Part shown: piece after piece, positions 51,943 to 61,700 of the stretch
How positions within the stretch are numbered: position 1 is the stretch's first letter
Layout: each line of letters starts with the position of its first letter
Origin: a virus
Lineage: Duplodnaviria; Caudoviricetes
IMG/VR virus record: IMGVR_UViG_3300047447_000196
Span: 10,270-74,269 of that record
Strand: one strand, 5' to 3'
DNA length: 64,000 nucleotides
Position numbers and translations under genes: made by a program
Notes under the pieces: generated by a model
Told to the model about the DNA's origin: nothing
What the model saw: only the letters and a program-made list of their open reading frames with translations
The model's database searches: none

Positions 51943-52308
51943 ATGATCTCGGCGGACAAGGTTCTTGAGATCCACGACTTCATCCTGAGCCAGGAACCTG
52001 GCTTGCAGGGCGACCACGGCCGCGCCGCGCTCGAGGGCGCCCTGTCCCGCATCGACACAGCCATCCACTACGGCGGCCTCGACGACGTGTTCGAGATCGC
52101 CGCCATGTACGCGGTGGCCATCGCGCGCGGCCACGTCTTCAACGACGCCAACAAGCGCACCGCCCTGGTGACGGCCCTGACCTACCTCGACACGCAGGGG
52201 ATCGAGATCGAGCGCACCGACGCGCTCGAGGAGATCATGGTCGACGTTGCCGAGGGCACCGTCACGGTCGAGGAACTGGCCGCCCTGCTCGACTCCCTGG
52301 CACCATGA
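51943..52308 (+). CDS. doc: Doc (death-on-curing) Fic-family toxin
   Basis: HVFNDANKRTA Doc-type Fic motif; ALEGALSR, AAMYAVAIARGH. Confidence 0.92.
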   Translation: MISADKVLEIHDFILSQEPGLQGDHGRAALEGALSRIDTAIHYGGLDDVFEIAAMYAVAIARGHVFNDANKRTALVTALTYLDTQGIEIERTDALEEIMVDVAEGTVTVEELAALLDSLAP

Positions 52309-52628
52309 ACCTCGATTCCCCCGACCTGCTGGCCCAGGAGCTGGCCACTGTGCGCGCCAACTGGGACCCGTACCTGCTCGACATCACCGTCAAGCACGGC
52401 CGCATCTGCGGCATCCAGAAATTCATGTACACCTGGGCGATCCTGGCCGACCTGACGCCGTGGGGCTACGCGCGCAACGGCCGCTGGTGCTACGGCAGCT
52501 ACGAGAAGGCGAAGGCCGCGCTCGATGCCTGGTCCGGCGAGGACGGCACCGACCCCGAGGGCTGGCACCGGCATCCCGATTCTGGCCGCCGCCGCGAGCC
52601 GGACGGCCGCGAGTACGTGATGCCATGA
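52305..52628 (+). CDS. Hypothetical protein (107 aa)
   Basis: ATGA overlap; Trp/Tyr-rich. Confidence 0.7.
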   Translation: MNLDSPDLLAQELATVRANWDPYLLDITVKHGRICGIQKFMYTWAILADLTPWGYARNGRWCYGSYEKAKAALDAWSGEDGTDPEGWHRHPDSGRRREPDGREYVMP

Positions 52629-52864
52629 ACACGACCTACAAGCGCGGCAAGTTCGTGCAGGTCGACTACCACGGCCAGAGCGTCAAAGCCATGATCCTGC
52701 TGGTCTCCCCCAACGGCCGCAGCCTGATGCTGGGATTCTCGGGCGCCCTGCGCACGCCCAGCGGCGGCATGATGGTCAGCAACATCCCGCTGCTGATGGA
52801 CGACGATGGCGTGTACCGCGACCTGGTCGAGAACGCGCCGGCCACGCTAAAGCCGTTAACGTAA
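52625..52864 (+). CDS. Hypothetical protein (79 aa)
   Basis: ATGA overlap; C-terminal part of track ORF 52247..52864. Confidence 0.65.
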   Translation: MNTTYKRGKFVQVDYHGQSVKAMILLVSPNGRSLMLGFSGALRTPSGGMMVSNIPLLMDDDGVYRDLVENAPATLKPLT

Positions 52865-52896
52865 AAAAAGCCCGCCCACCGCGAAGGTGGACGGGC
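52863..52896 (-). terminator. Rho-independent terminator oriented for minus-strand (lysis) transcription
   Basis: GCCCG(C)CCACC-GCGAA-GGTGG(A)CGGGC preceded by A7 on the + strand. Confidence 0.7.
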
Positions 52897-52909
52897 GACT
52901 CACAACAAG

Positions 52910-53305
52910 ATGACCATCTACTACTACATCCTCGACGAGAACAAGCAGGCCCAGCCGGTCCACGACGTGTACGTGTGGGCCGACTACCAGGACGCGCACA
53001 AGCGGGTCGCCTCGACCCGGCGCGGCAAGGTATGGGTCTCGACCGTCTTCCTCGGCATCGACCACCAGTTCGGCGACGGCCCGCCGCTGGTCTTCGAGAG
53101 CATGGTGTTCGGCGGCCCGAAGGACCAGTACATGGACCGTTACAGCAGCTACGACGACGCCCTCATGGGCCACCGGCGCATGTGCCGGATCGCGTTCCCG
53201 CCGGTGGCGCCGACCGCCAGCCGCAACCTGCGCGAGGGCCGCTACCTCGACCGCACGATCTCGCGCCGGCTGGCGGCCGGCCTGCTGCAACGACTGGCGC
53301 CTTAG
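52910..53305 (+). CDS. Conserved phage hypothetical protein (131 aa; VSTVFLGIDH.FG.GPPL.FESMVFGG)
   Basis: Recognisable motif family. Confidence 0.8.
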   Translation: MTIYYYILDENKQAQPVHDVYVWADYQDAHKRVASTRRGKVWVSTVFLGIDHQFGDGPPLVFESMVFGGPKDQYMDRYSSYDDALMGHRRMCRIAFPPVAPTASRNLREGRYLDRTISRRLAAGLLQRLAP

Positions 53306-53736
53306 CCGCCCTCGAACATCCTTCTCTCCGCGGCGCGGCGCAGCACCAGGCCGCGTAGCTCGCGCCCACCGGCGAAGCGCCACTTCGGAAATTCCGCGGC
53401 GGCCCCGCTCCAGTCCTTGCGGCGGATTTTTCTCCTGAGCGTGCTGGCCGTGAGGCTCCCGAGGCCCAGGTTGTACGCGAACGAGGTCACGGCCGCGAGC
53501 CGGGCCGGGTACGGCGCCAGCTCCGGGCACAGCTGCAACACGCGCAGCATGAACCCGCCGGCCTCGCTGGCCAGCAGCATGTCGCACTGGGTCTGCGTGG
53601 CCGTGTCGCCCTCCTTCACCCCGCGCGTCGATCCCCAGCATATTGTCCAGATCGAGACAGCGTCCTTGTAGGCCCGCAGCCGGCAGCCCTCGAACGCCCG
53701 GATCAGGCGCAGGGCCAGTTCGAGCGCATCGTTCAT
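53302..53736 (-). CDS. Endolysin, GH24 lysozyme
   Basis: IRAFEGCRLRAYKD...WTICWGST (E-x8-D-x5-T triad), SFAYNLG, FPKW..AGG..L.GL..RR.AE. Confidence 0.95.
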   Translation of the reverse strand: MNDALELALRLIRAFEGCRLRAYKDAVSIWTICWGSTRGVKEGDTATQTQCDMLLASEAGGFMLRVLQLCPELAPYPARLAAVTSFAYNLGLGSLTASTLRRKIRRKDWSGAAAEFPKWRFAGGRELRGLVLRRAAERRMFEGG

Positions 53737-54551
53737 GTGATGTATCTATAGGTTTGGCCTTTGTAGGGCCGTTGCTTCTGAATTGATGTGAGATTTACGA
53801 CCACTCCGTATTCCTCCTTGATCCACTTCTTCCATTCGGTCGCGCTCGTCCAGGTCTGTCCGGTCTCGACGCACTCCACCGCTTTCTGGCAGGCAGCCCG
53901 ACAGAGCGCGATGCGCCGATCGGTGAATTCCTGATCCTGGTGCTTGATGCGAAGCGCCTCAAGCCGGGCCTGCTGCTGATCTTCATTTGCCCGGTGCCGG
54001 GCCACGCCAGCACGATGAGCTTCTTTGAACTCCGGCTCCTGGTGCAGCCGTGTGCGGAGTTCGGCCTGCATCGCGCGGTTCTCCGGCGTACGTCTGGCGG
54101 CCAGCGCCTTCGCCCGCACCTTCGGGTCGAGCACGTTCCTAGTGTTCATGCCAATGCAGTTGCGCAGCGCATTGGTGCCATTGGCCCAGCTTTCTTTCCC
54201 TTGGCGCCGTTTTGTTTCGCGCTCCTCGGCAGTAGCCGCCCGCCCGCGGGCTGGACAATCGGCATACCTAGCGAGGTTCAAGCAGAGCGGGCGGCCATAG
54301 TGCTCGTCCAGATACATCTGTTCGGCGCTGTTTAGGTCTGATGCATCGCACAGACATTCCACGCGCAGGCATGGCGGCCCGTATTTTTTGAACACGGCCA
54401 GCATCCATTTGTTGTCGTGCGTGCCTTTGCGCAGCTTGCTCAGGTGGGCGGCCTCTCGATAACGCAGTCGTTCTGACTGGCCGAAGTAGTAGTGTCCGCT
54501 CGGAAAAACGAGGCAATAAACGCCGACCAATGGCCTACTCCACTCGCTCAT
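53733..54551 (-). CDS. Free-standing GIY-YIG homing endonuclease (272 aa)
   Basis: VGVYCL...YYFGQS..L..R...H...L..G.H.N...EQMYLD...LN; C-terminal KAVECVETGQTW.SATE NUMOD-like module; visibly lower GC. Confidence 0.85.
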   Translation of the reverse strand: MSEWSRPLVGVYCLVFPSGHYYFGQSERLRYREAAHLSKLRKGTHDNKWMLAVFKKYGPPCLRVECLCDASDLNSAEQMYLDEHYGRPLCLNLARYADCPARGRAATAEERETKRRQGKESWANGTNALRNCIGMNTRNVLDPKVRAKALAARRTPENRAMQAELRTRLHQEPEFKEAHRAGVARHRANEDQQQARLEALRIKHQDQEFTDRRIALCRAACQKAVECVETGQTWTSATEWKKWIKEEYGVVVNLTSIQKQRPYKGQTYRYIT

Positions 54552-54570
54552 TGCCCCGCTCCCTTCCTGT

Positions 54571-55056
54571 TTATTTGATTAAGCCTTTATTCCGGTCAAC
54601 GGATCTCCCGACGAACCAGAAACTGACGATCCCGCCGAGGATCGCCCTGTCCTCATCATCATAAACCTTGAGGATCGCTTCCCAGCCGCTGGTGCCGTGC
54701 GCGATGGCGATCTGGTACATCGCCAGCTTGACCAGGCCGTATATTGCTAGCAGGTAATACGTGCTCATCGGCCTGACCGCGAAGTTCAGGGCGTCGATGA
54801 ACCACATGTTGGTTAGTTGCATCTGCCCTTTGAGCGCTTCGCCCAGTGCGGTCATCTGCGCCAGGTTCATGTCGGCCTCGCCCTGCGTGCGGATCTCGTC
54901 CTGGCGCATCGCGCTGCGGGTCTGCTCGAGCGCCAGCTGCTTGTCCAGCATGGCCAGCTCGTGGGCGTTGTCGTTCTTCTGCTTGAACAGCGCGAACACT
55001 TCCGGCAGCAGGCGCATCAGGCCGCCGCCCAGCATGGAAATGAGAGTGAGCATCAT
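54571..55056 (-). CDS. Holin-like membrane protein (161 aa, 3TM gene-transfer-holin-like)
   Basis: N-terminal LLGG..R..PE, coiled coil, VRP..TY, FWF.GRS; in the lysis cassette. Confidence 0.7.
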   Translation of the reverse strand: MMLTLISMLGGGLMRLLPEVFALFKQKNDNAHELAMLDKQLALEQTRSAMRQDEIRTQGEADMNLAQMTALGEALKGQMQLTNMWFIDALNFAVRPMSTYYLLAIYGLVKLAMYQIAIAHGTSGWEAILKVYDDEDRAILGGIVSFWFVGRSVDRNKGLIK

Positions 55057-55520
55057 GACTTGTCTCCTTCGAGGACCTCGAACGGTTGCGATTCCCAGGC
55101 TACCTCGTGCTGGGCGAAGAAGCCGTGCACGGTGGCGCGGCCGGTGACGCGGTAGCGCCCCGGCGTGGTGCCGGCCGGGATCACGTTCAGGCGGCTGATC
55201 GCCGTCGTGCAGCCCGGCTCGATCATCACCAGCGCGTCCGGCAGGATCGTGACCATCCCGGTATCAAGGTTTCTCAGCTGATGTGATACCAGGTAGCCGC
55301 GCGTGCGCGAGCCGTCGTTGCAGCGTTCGACCACCAGCTGCACTGCCTCCCCTGCCTTGACCGGGCCGGCCGCCGGGAAGGGGGAGTTGACGTAGCGCAG
55401 GTAGGGCTTCTCGGCCACGCTGCCGAACCACTGGCCGCCGAGCACCAGCGCCCCCAGCGCCGCCAGCAGGATCGCCAGCGAGTGGAACACCCGCATGTCG
55501 AACAGGTGGCGGGGTCTCAT
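55053..55520 (-). CDS. Membrane-anchored periplasmic beta-sandwich protein (155 aa)
   Basis: N-terminal TM LAILLAALGALVLGG, two Cys; in the lysis cassette. Confidence 0.65.
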   Translation of the reverse strand: MRPRHLFDMRVFHSLAILLAALGALVLGGQWFGSVAEKPYLRYVNSPFPAAGPVKAGEAVQLVVERCNDGSRTRGYLVSHQLRNLDTGMVTILPDALVMIEPGCTTAISRLNVIPAGTTPGRYRVTGRATVHGFFAQHEVAWESQPFEVLEGDKS

Positions 55521-55699
55521 TTCAGGTGCTCCCTGAAATAGGTCGAGATCCAGGAGAGCAGGCCGACGACGGCCGAGCCGAGCGTCAAGATCCCCCATTT
55601 CAAGGCCTGGTCGCGGTCGGCGCTGAGCCGGGCGACCTTTTCCTCGAGCGCCGCGATGCGTTGCTCGGCCAGTGCGTTGTGCGTTTCCTGTGATGGCAT
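55517..55699 (-). CDS. Small coiled-coil plus TM protein (60 aa; XhlA/holin-antiholin-like)
   Basis: RIAALEEKV coiled coil followed by WGILTLGSAVVGLLSWI. Confidence 0.65.
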   Translation of the reverse strand: MPSQETHNALAEQRIAALEEKVARLSADRDQALKWGILTLGSAVVGLLSWISTYFREHLK

Positions 55700-55759
55700 G
55701 GCTGTTCCCTGGTTAGAGTGGTAAAACAACCCCGCAAGCCGCGGGGGGCTTGCGCTGCA

Positions 55760-58700
55760 TCAGTCCTCGCCGTCGGCGAACGCCCCGGCCTGGCGCGCAT
55801 CCATCCCGCGCTTGACCGGCAGGTACAGTCCATCTTTCGCCTGCAGCCGGTGCTGCAGGCGCGAGCGGATCGCGTGCTGCAGGTGCAGCCCGGCGATGAC
55901 CCGGTTCGGGTGCGCCTGGTTGAACGCGCGAATCGCTTCCATCTCCTCGGCCGGGCTTTCCTTGGCCAGCATCTTGCGCGCGTACTGGTCGAGCAGCTGC
56001 TGGCGCCGGCGCTGCAGGGCCAGGTCGCGGTCGTAGACGGCCGCCTTGGCCTCCTGCTTCTCGCGCACCGGGCCGCTCGAGAAGCCCAGCACCTGGCTCG
56101 CGTAGTCCCAGCCGTCGATGTCCTCGTCGATCATGATGCCGTTGCGGTCCTTGGCCCCGCCCTCGATGGCGTAGCGCCTGCCGCGCGCTGGCCCCTTGAG
56201 CACGGCCGGCAGCGCCGTCTCGACCGCGCGGCCGGTGTCGCCGCGGCCGTACTGCTGCAGCGCGCGCGCCCAGTTCGCGCCGATGCCGACCACCGGCCCC
56301 AGCAGGCCGGCCAGGAAGGCGTCGAACGAACGCTCGCCCTGTAATCCTTCCTGCAGGTCCGGGAAGATCAGGTGATCGGCGCCGACCCTGCCCGAGATAT
56401 CGAACGGGGTCGGGCGCGTGATGCCGTGCGCCAGCACCTGGCCGGCCGTCTCGCCGAACAGGTCGGCCAGCAGGTTGCGCAGCGCGATCTCGGCGTCCCA
56501 CGGCTCATCGTCGCCGCCGCCGATCATCGAGGCCGCGCCCAGCAGGGTCGTCACCAGCGGCAGGCCGAGGATGCCGGCCGCCAGCGCGTGCGTGACCACC
56601 AGGCCCGCCAGCGTCTTCTGCGCCTCGCGGTCGCCCTTGAACGAGCGCGCCGCGTTCCGCGCGAACGTATAGATCAGGTTCTGCGCGTACTGCTTGAACA
56701 GGAACACCACCTGCGCCACCGGCCCCTGCATGAAGCGGGGCCTGTTTCCGGCCGAGTAATCGAAATGCGCCGCCTTGGTCAGCTCGACCGAGGTGCGGTA
56801 GGCCTCCTCGTAGCTCTGGCCGTCCTGGCGCGCCAGCCGGAACGCCGCCAGCGCGGTCGCCTGGCGGTTGAAGCGCTCGGCGTGGTGGAACATGAAGGAC
56901 GCGACCTTCATCACCTTGCGCATGTTGCCGCGCAGCTGGTTGTCGCGCCCCGAGGCCACGCCGGCCAGGTCGTGCACCATGGTCAGGTCGATCAGGCCGG
57001 TGCGGACCCAGTCCTCGTAGGCGCGCTTCTCGTCGCCGCTGAGGATCTTGCCCATGTCGTTGTGGCCGGACATCGCCTGCCTGGACGCCTCGACCAGCGC
57101 GGCCGCGGCCTGCGTGTAGCCGAACTTGCCGCCCAGCAGCGGGTAGGCAACGGTCGGGGTCTGCAGCAGGTTGGTCAGGGCCGAGGCCGGGGAGGCGCCC
57201 AGGAACCACACGAAGCCGAACGAGGTCAGCTTGGTCGACAGCGCATTGCCCTTCGGGTTCAGGTAGTTGTCGTGGCGCTTGGTCATCTCGTCGATGACCT
57301 GCTGCGCCTTGACCTGGTCGTAGTCCGGGTCGGTGCTGTTGTCGTTGGCGATCTTCTGCATCCGCTCGAGCACCTCGGTCAGCTGGTCCGAGTAGTTCAG
57401 CTTGGCCAGGTAGGACACGCCGTGGAACATGTGGTGGGCAAAAGCCCGGCGCGCGTCCTGCGAGAAGCCCGGCATGCCGGTGCGGTGGATGCCGCTCTTG
57501 GCCCAGGACAGGTCCGGCATGCTCATCAGGATCAGCTGGTTGATGGTGTCCTGCAGCGACGGGTCTTTCACCCCGGCGTCGTCGAGCGCGGCGAACAGCT
57601 TTTTCACGAAGCCGCGCGAGACCGAATCGCGCGCCGCGTTGTACTCGGCCGCCTTCATCACCGGCATCACCTGGTAGCCCTTCTCCGGCGGGTAGGCTTT
57701 CAGCAGGCGCGCGCGGGTTTCCTCGGCTTCCTGCAGGGTCTCGGCGCGCTCGACCGCCTCGCGCACCACGGCCTGGCCGGGCGGCGGGTTCTTGCCGACG
57801 AAGCGCACGGTGACGATGTAGTCGCCGAAGCGCGCCAGCGGGAAATAGATCCCCTTGATCTGCTTGCCGAAGAATTCCTGTTCCAGCCGGCGGATCAGGG
57901 CGGCCCGGCCCTTGTGCGCGGTCAGGTTGCGCTTGATCCGCTCCTGCACCGCCTTCCTCACGTTGGCGTAGTGGGACTCGTAGGCGGTGGCGGCCGCGCT
58001 GAACACCTTCTGCGCCTCGGGCGACAGGGCGTTCCAGCGCGCGTTCAGCTCCTTCCACTTCTTGTAGTCGTCGCCGGTGACGTAGCCCTTCCGCGGGTCG
58101 ATCTCGGCGCGCGTGCTGTCATGCGCCAGCGTGGCCATCTCCTTCTCCTGCGGCAGCTTGGCCCAGTCGTCGACGATCCTGTCGGCCATGCTGCCGCCCT
58201 CGGTCTTCTCGGCGTCCATGCGCGCGGCCAGGTCGCTGTAGACCTGCATCATGTTCGGCTGGGTTCCCTGCGGGAACAGGTGGCCGTACAGCTCGGTGAG
58301 CTGCAGTCGGCCCAGGAACTGCAGCAGGACCGAACGGTAGTGCCCCAGCATGTTGCCCAGCTTCGTCACCGTGTTGCTCTTGATGGTGCCGCCGACCTGG
58401 CGCGCCAGCTGCTGCGGGGTGGCGCGCGACAGGCGCAGGCTGCCCGGGTCGCTGGCCACCGGCAGCGGGCCGTTGTCGCCGTTCTGGCGCGAGAACAGCG
58501 GCAGGCCGCCTTTTACACGCTCGCGCATGGCGTCGGTGATGTCGATCGCCGGCTGGGTGCTCCAGCCCTTGCTGCCGTAGTAGTTGTCCTTGCCGAAGTT
58601 CGAGTCGGTGGTGACGCCATGGCTGGAATAGCGCAGCTGGCCATCCTCGTCGACGTACTGGGTCACGCCGGGGCGCGGGTCGTACGGTTCGCTGTGGATG

Positions 58701-61700
58701 ATGTCGGCCTGGTCCATCCGGCCGCCGCCCAGCTGCTTCGTCAGGGCGTTGACGGCGTTCGGCACGATCTTGTCGTAGAACGCGCGCATGCCGTGCCCGC
58801 CCAGGTTCAGGTTGTCGCCGGCGAAGCGGGCGCGGCTGAACGGATCGGCCTTGATCTGCTCGACCGCCTTGCTGGCCAGCTCCTTGCCCATCAGGTTGAC
58901 CAGGTCACGGTCATCGTTGGCCCAGGTCTCGTGCGGCTCGCCGTCCAGCAGCGTGATGTCGACGCGGTAGCCCGGTTCGTCGACCGCCTTCTCGACCTCG
59001 ACCGCCTTGACCTGCTGCGACAGCTGGAAGCGGTCGACCGCCTGCTGGCCGGTGACGAACGAGACGCGGTCATAGCCGTTCTCGGCGGCGTAGGTCAGCA
59101 CGCGCTTGAGGGCCAGCGTCAGCCAGGCGTCGGTCTTGCCGACGAACGGCGCCTGCGGCACGGCGTTCGGGTTGTCGATCAGGCCGACCAGGTCCGGGTT
59201 CTGTTCGCGCCAGACGGCCGCGCTCGTGGTCGGGTTGTCCTTCATCCACTGCGCGAAGCTGCGCTTGGCTTCGGCCACGCGCGGGTCCCTGAAGCCGTCG
59301 CGCTTGCCGATCTGCCCCCAGTCGCTCTGCAGCTCCTCGACGTGCAGGACGCGGCGGCCATCGCTGTCGACCCGGTCGTTGAAGCGGATGTGCGCCAGCA
59401 CGTTTTTCTCGTACCAGTGGTTCGAGTGGAACACGCTGCGCGCGCGCTCGTCCTCCTCGAGCACTTCTTCGTTCGTCAGCCGGTTCAGCTTGTCGAGTTC
59501 CTCCGCGGTCAGGTCGGCCTCGGTCCAGCCGGGACGACGGAAGTTGCCCGCGACGTGCCAGCCGTACTTGTCGCTCAGCTCGCCGATGTAGTCGTCCAGC
59601 TTGAACGACGGCTCGCGCAGCGGCAGCGTCAGCAGCAGCTCGGTGTAGTTCTGGCCGCCCGGCAGCGTGTAGGCGTTGTACCTCGTGCTGTTCTCGTTGT
59701 TGCGCAGGTATTCCCGGGCTTCCTCCCGGGTCATCCCTTCGCCGGCCTCGTCGTCGAGAAGGACGTCGATGTCGTCCTCGGTCGGCTCCCGGCGCATCGT
59801 TTCCGTGACGCGCACGCCATTTTCAGCCAGGTAGTCGAGCAGCTCGGCCTTCGTGAACTTCTCCTTCGGGCGCGTATTCAGGTAGTCGAGGATGCCGGAC
59901 CAGTAGATCTCGTCCTGTTTCACCCCTTTCTGGGCGAAGCCGCTGGCCATGATCGTCTCGGCCCACTGCAGGGCCGGGGCCGACTTCATCGGCAGCTGCT
60001 CGATTCTCCGCGCCAGCTGCGAGTACCAGTGCGGCTGCGCGCCGTCGGAGAAGCGGGCGGCCTCGAACTGGCCGAAGGTGCGCGGGGTGCGCTTGCCCTC
60101 GACCGCTTCGCGTGCCCGCGCCAGCAGGGCCATGGTCTCGGCCTGGCTGTGGCTTTCGATCCAGTCGGCAACCCGGTCCAGGCCGATCGCGCGCAGGGCC
60201 TGCTGCACCAGCCCGATGAACTTCTGCCAGCCCTTGATCTGCTGGCCGCTGCCGACGATGTCGGCCAGCGCCTCCTCGGTGGCGCGCTCGAGCTTGTAGC
60301 CGAACGTGGCGGCCTGGTATTGCGCGGCCTTGGCCAGCGCCGGATTGATCAGGCGCAGGCGGTTCAGCTCCTGCTTGAGCGCTTTTTCGCCCAGGATCGC
60401 CGACAGGCCCAGGTGGCCCAGCGCCTCGTGCGCCAGCACGAACTGCACCTCGCCGGCGTGCGCCAGATTGTCGGCCACCAGGAACGCCTGGCCGCGCCAG
60501 GCGGCGCCGCGGGTGTCGGGCTTGGCCTCGAACGGCAGCTCGTTCACCGACTGGACCACGGTCACGCGCGGGGCGTTGTGCCAGCCCTGCAGGATCGGCG
60601 CGACCACCCGCTGCACGTCCGCTTTCGCCATGCCCTGCGCGGCCGCGCCGCGCGAGAACTCGGCCTCCTCGTCCTCCTTGCCCTCGCCCGGCTTGCCCAG
60701 CTCGACCAGCGGCTTGTATTCGAGCAGTTTCGTGAGCAGCTGGACGCCCTTCTCGCCGGTCGGGATGAAGGTGCGCTCGGCCCAGTTGATGCGCTCGACG
60801 AACGCGCCGAGGTTGGTCAGCATTTCCCGCTCGGAACGGTTGTACTGCAGGGACTGGCCGGTGATCTCGATCCGGTTGTCGTTCGAGACGCGCACCTTCT
60901 GCAGCAGCCAGCCGTTGGCCAGGATGCCGCGCTGGCCATCCATCAGGCGCTTGAGCACCTCGGCCGCCGGCAGTTTCGACAGGTTGTTGCCCACGCCCAG
61001 GTTCTTGAGGGTCTGGTCGAGGTTGCGTTCGGACACCACGCGGCCGAGCATGCGCTCGCCGTCGACGGTCTGCGTGCGCACCACGCGCGGGTCGCCCGGC
61101 AGGCGGTCCCAGATCGGCAGCAGCATCCCGGTCAAGAGGTGCGTCTTGTCGGTGTAGGTCGGCGCGGTGGCGGCGATCTCGGCCTCCCAGGCCGTCTTGG
61201 CCTGTTCCGGGGTCAGCTTCTGGAACGCGGGAATCGCGCGCTCGGCCTCGCTCTCCTTCAGGTGCGGCCGCATCCGGTCGAGCAGGCGCCGGAAGGCGTC
61301 ACGCTCGGGGCCGGGCGGCCCGGCCTCGATGGTCTGCTCGACCCGGTCCAGGCCGCGCTGGGCCAGCAGGCCGGCCAGGCGGGCGTCGGTGACGTCGACC
61401 GGCTTGCCGGCGGCCGTCACGTAGCTTTCGATCATGATGTCCGACGTCGGCCGGGTGTAGACGGCGGCCTGGATCTTCTTGTTGACGGTGGTCTCGCCGC
61501 GCGCGCCCTTGAGGATCTTGTCGACCTCGTCGCCATAGCGCAGGCCGCCGGTGGTGCGGATCTGCACCCCGCGCGAGATCACCTGCCCGGTTTTGGCGTC
61601 GGTCGAGGTCCCGGTCCGCGCCAGCGCGAACACTTTATTCGTGCGCTCGTTGCGGAAGAAGCCCAGGAAGCGCTCGCCGAAGCTGGCCGCGTGGCGCTGC

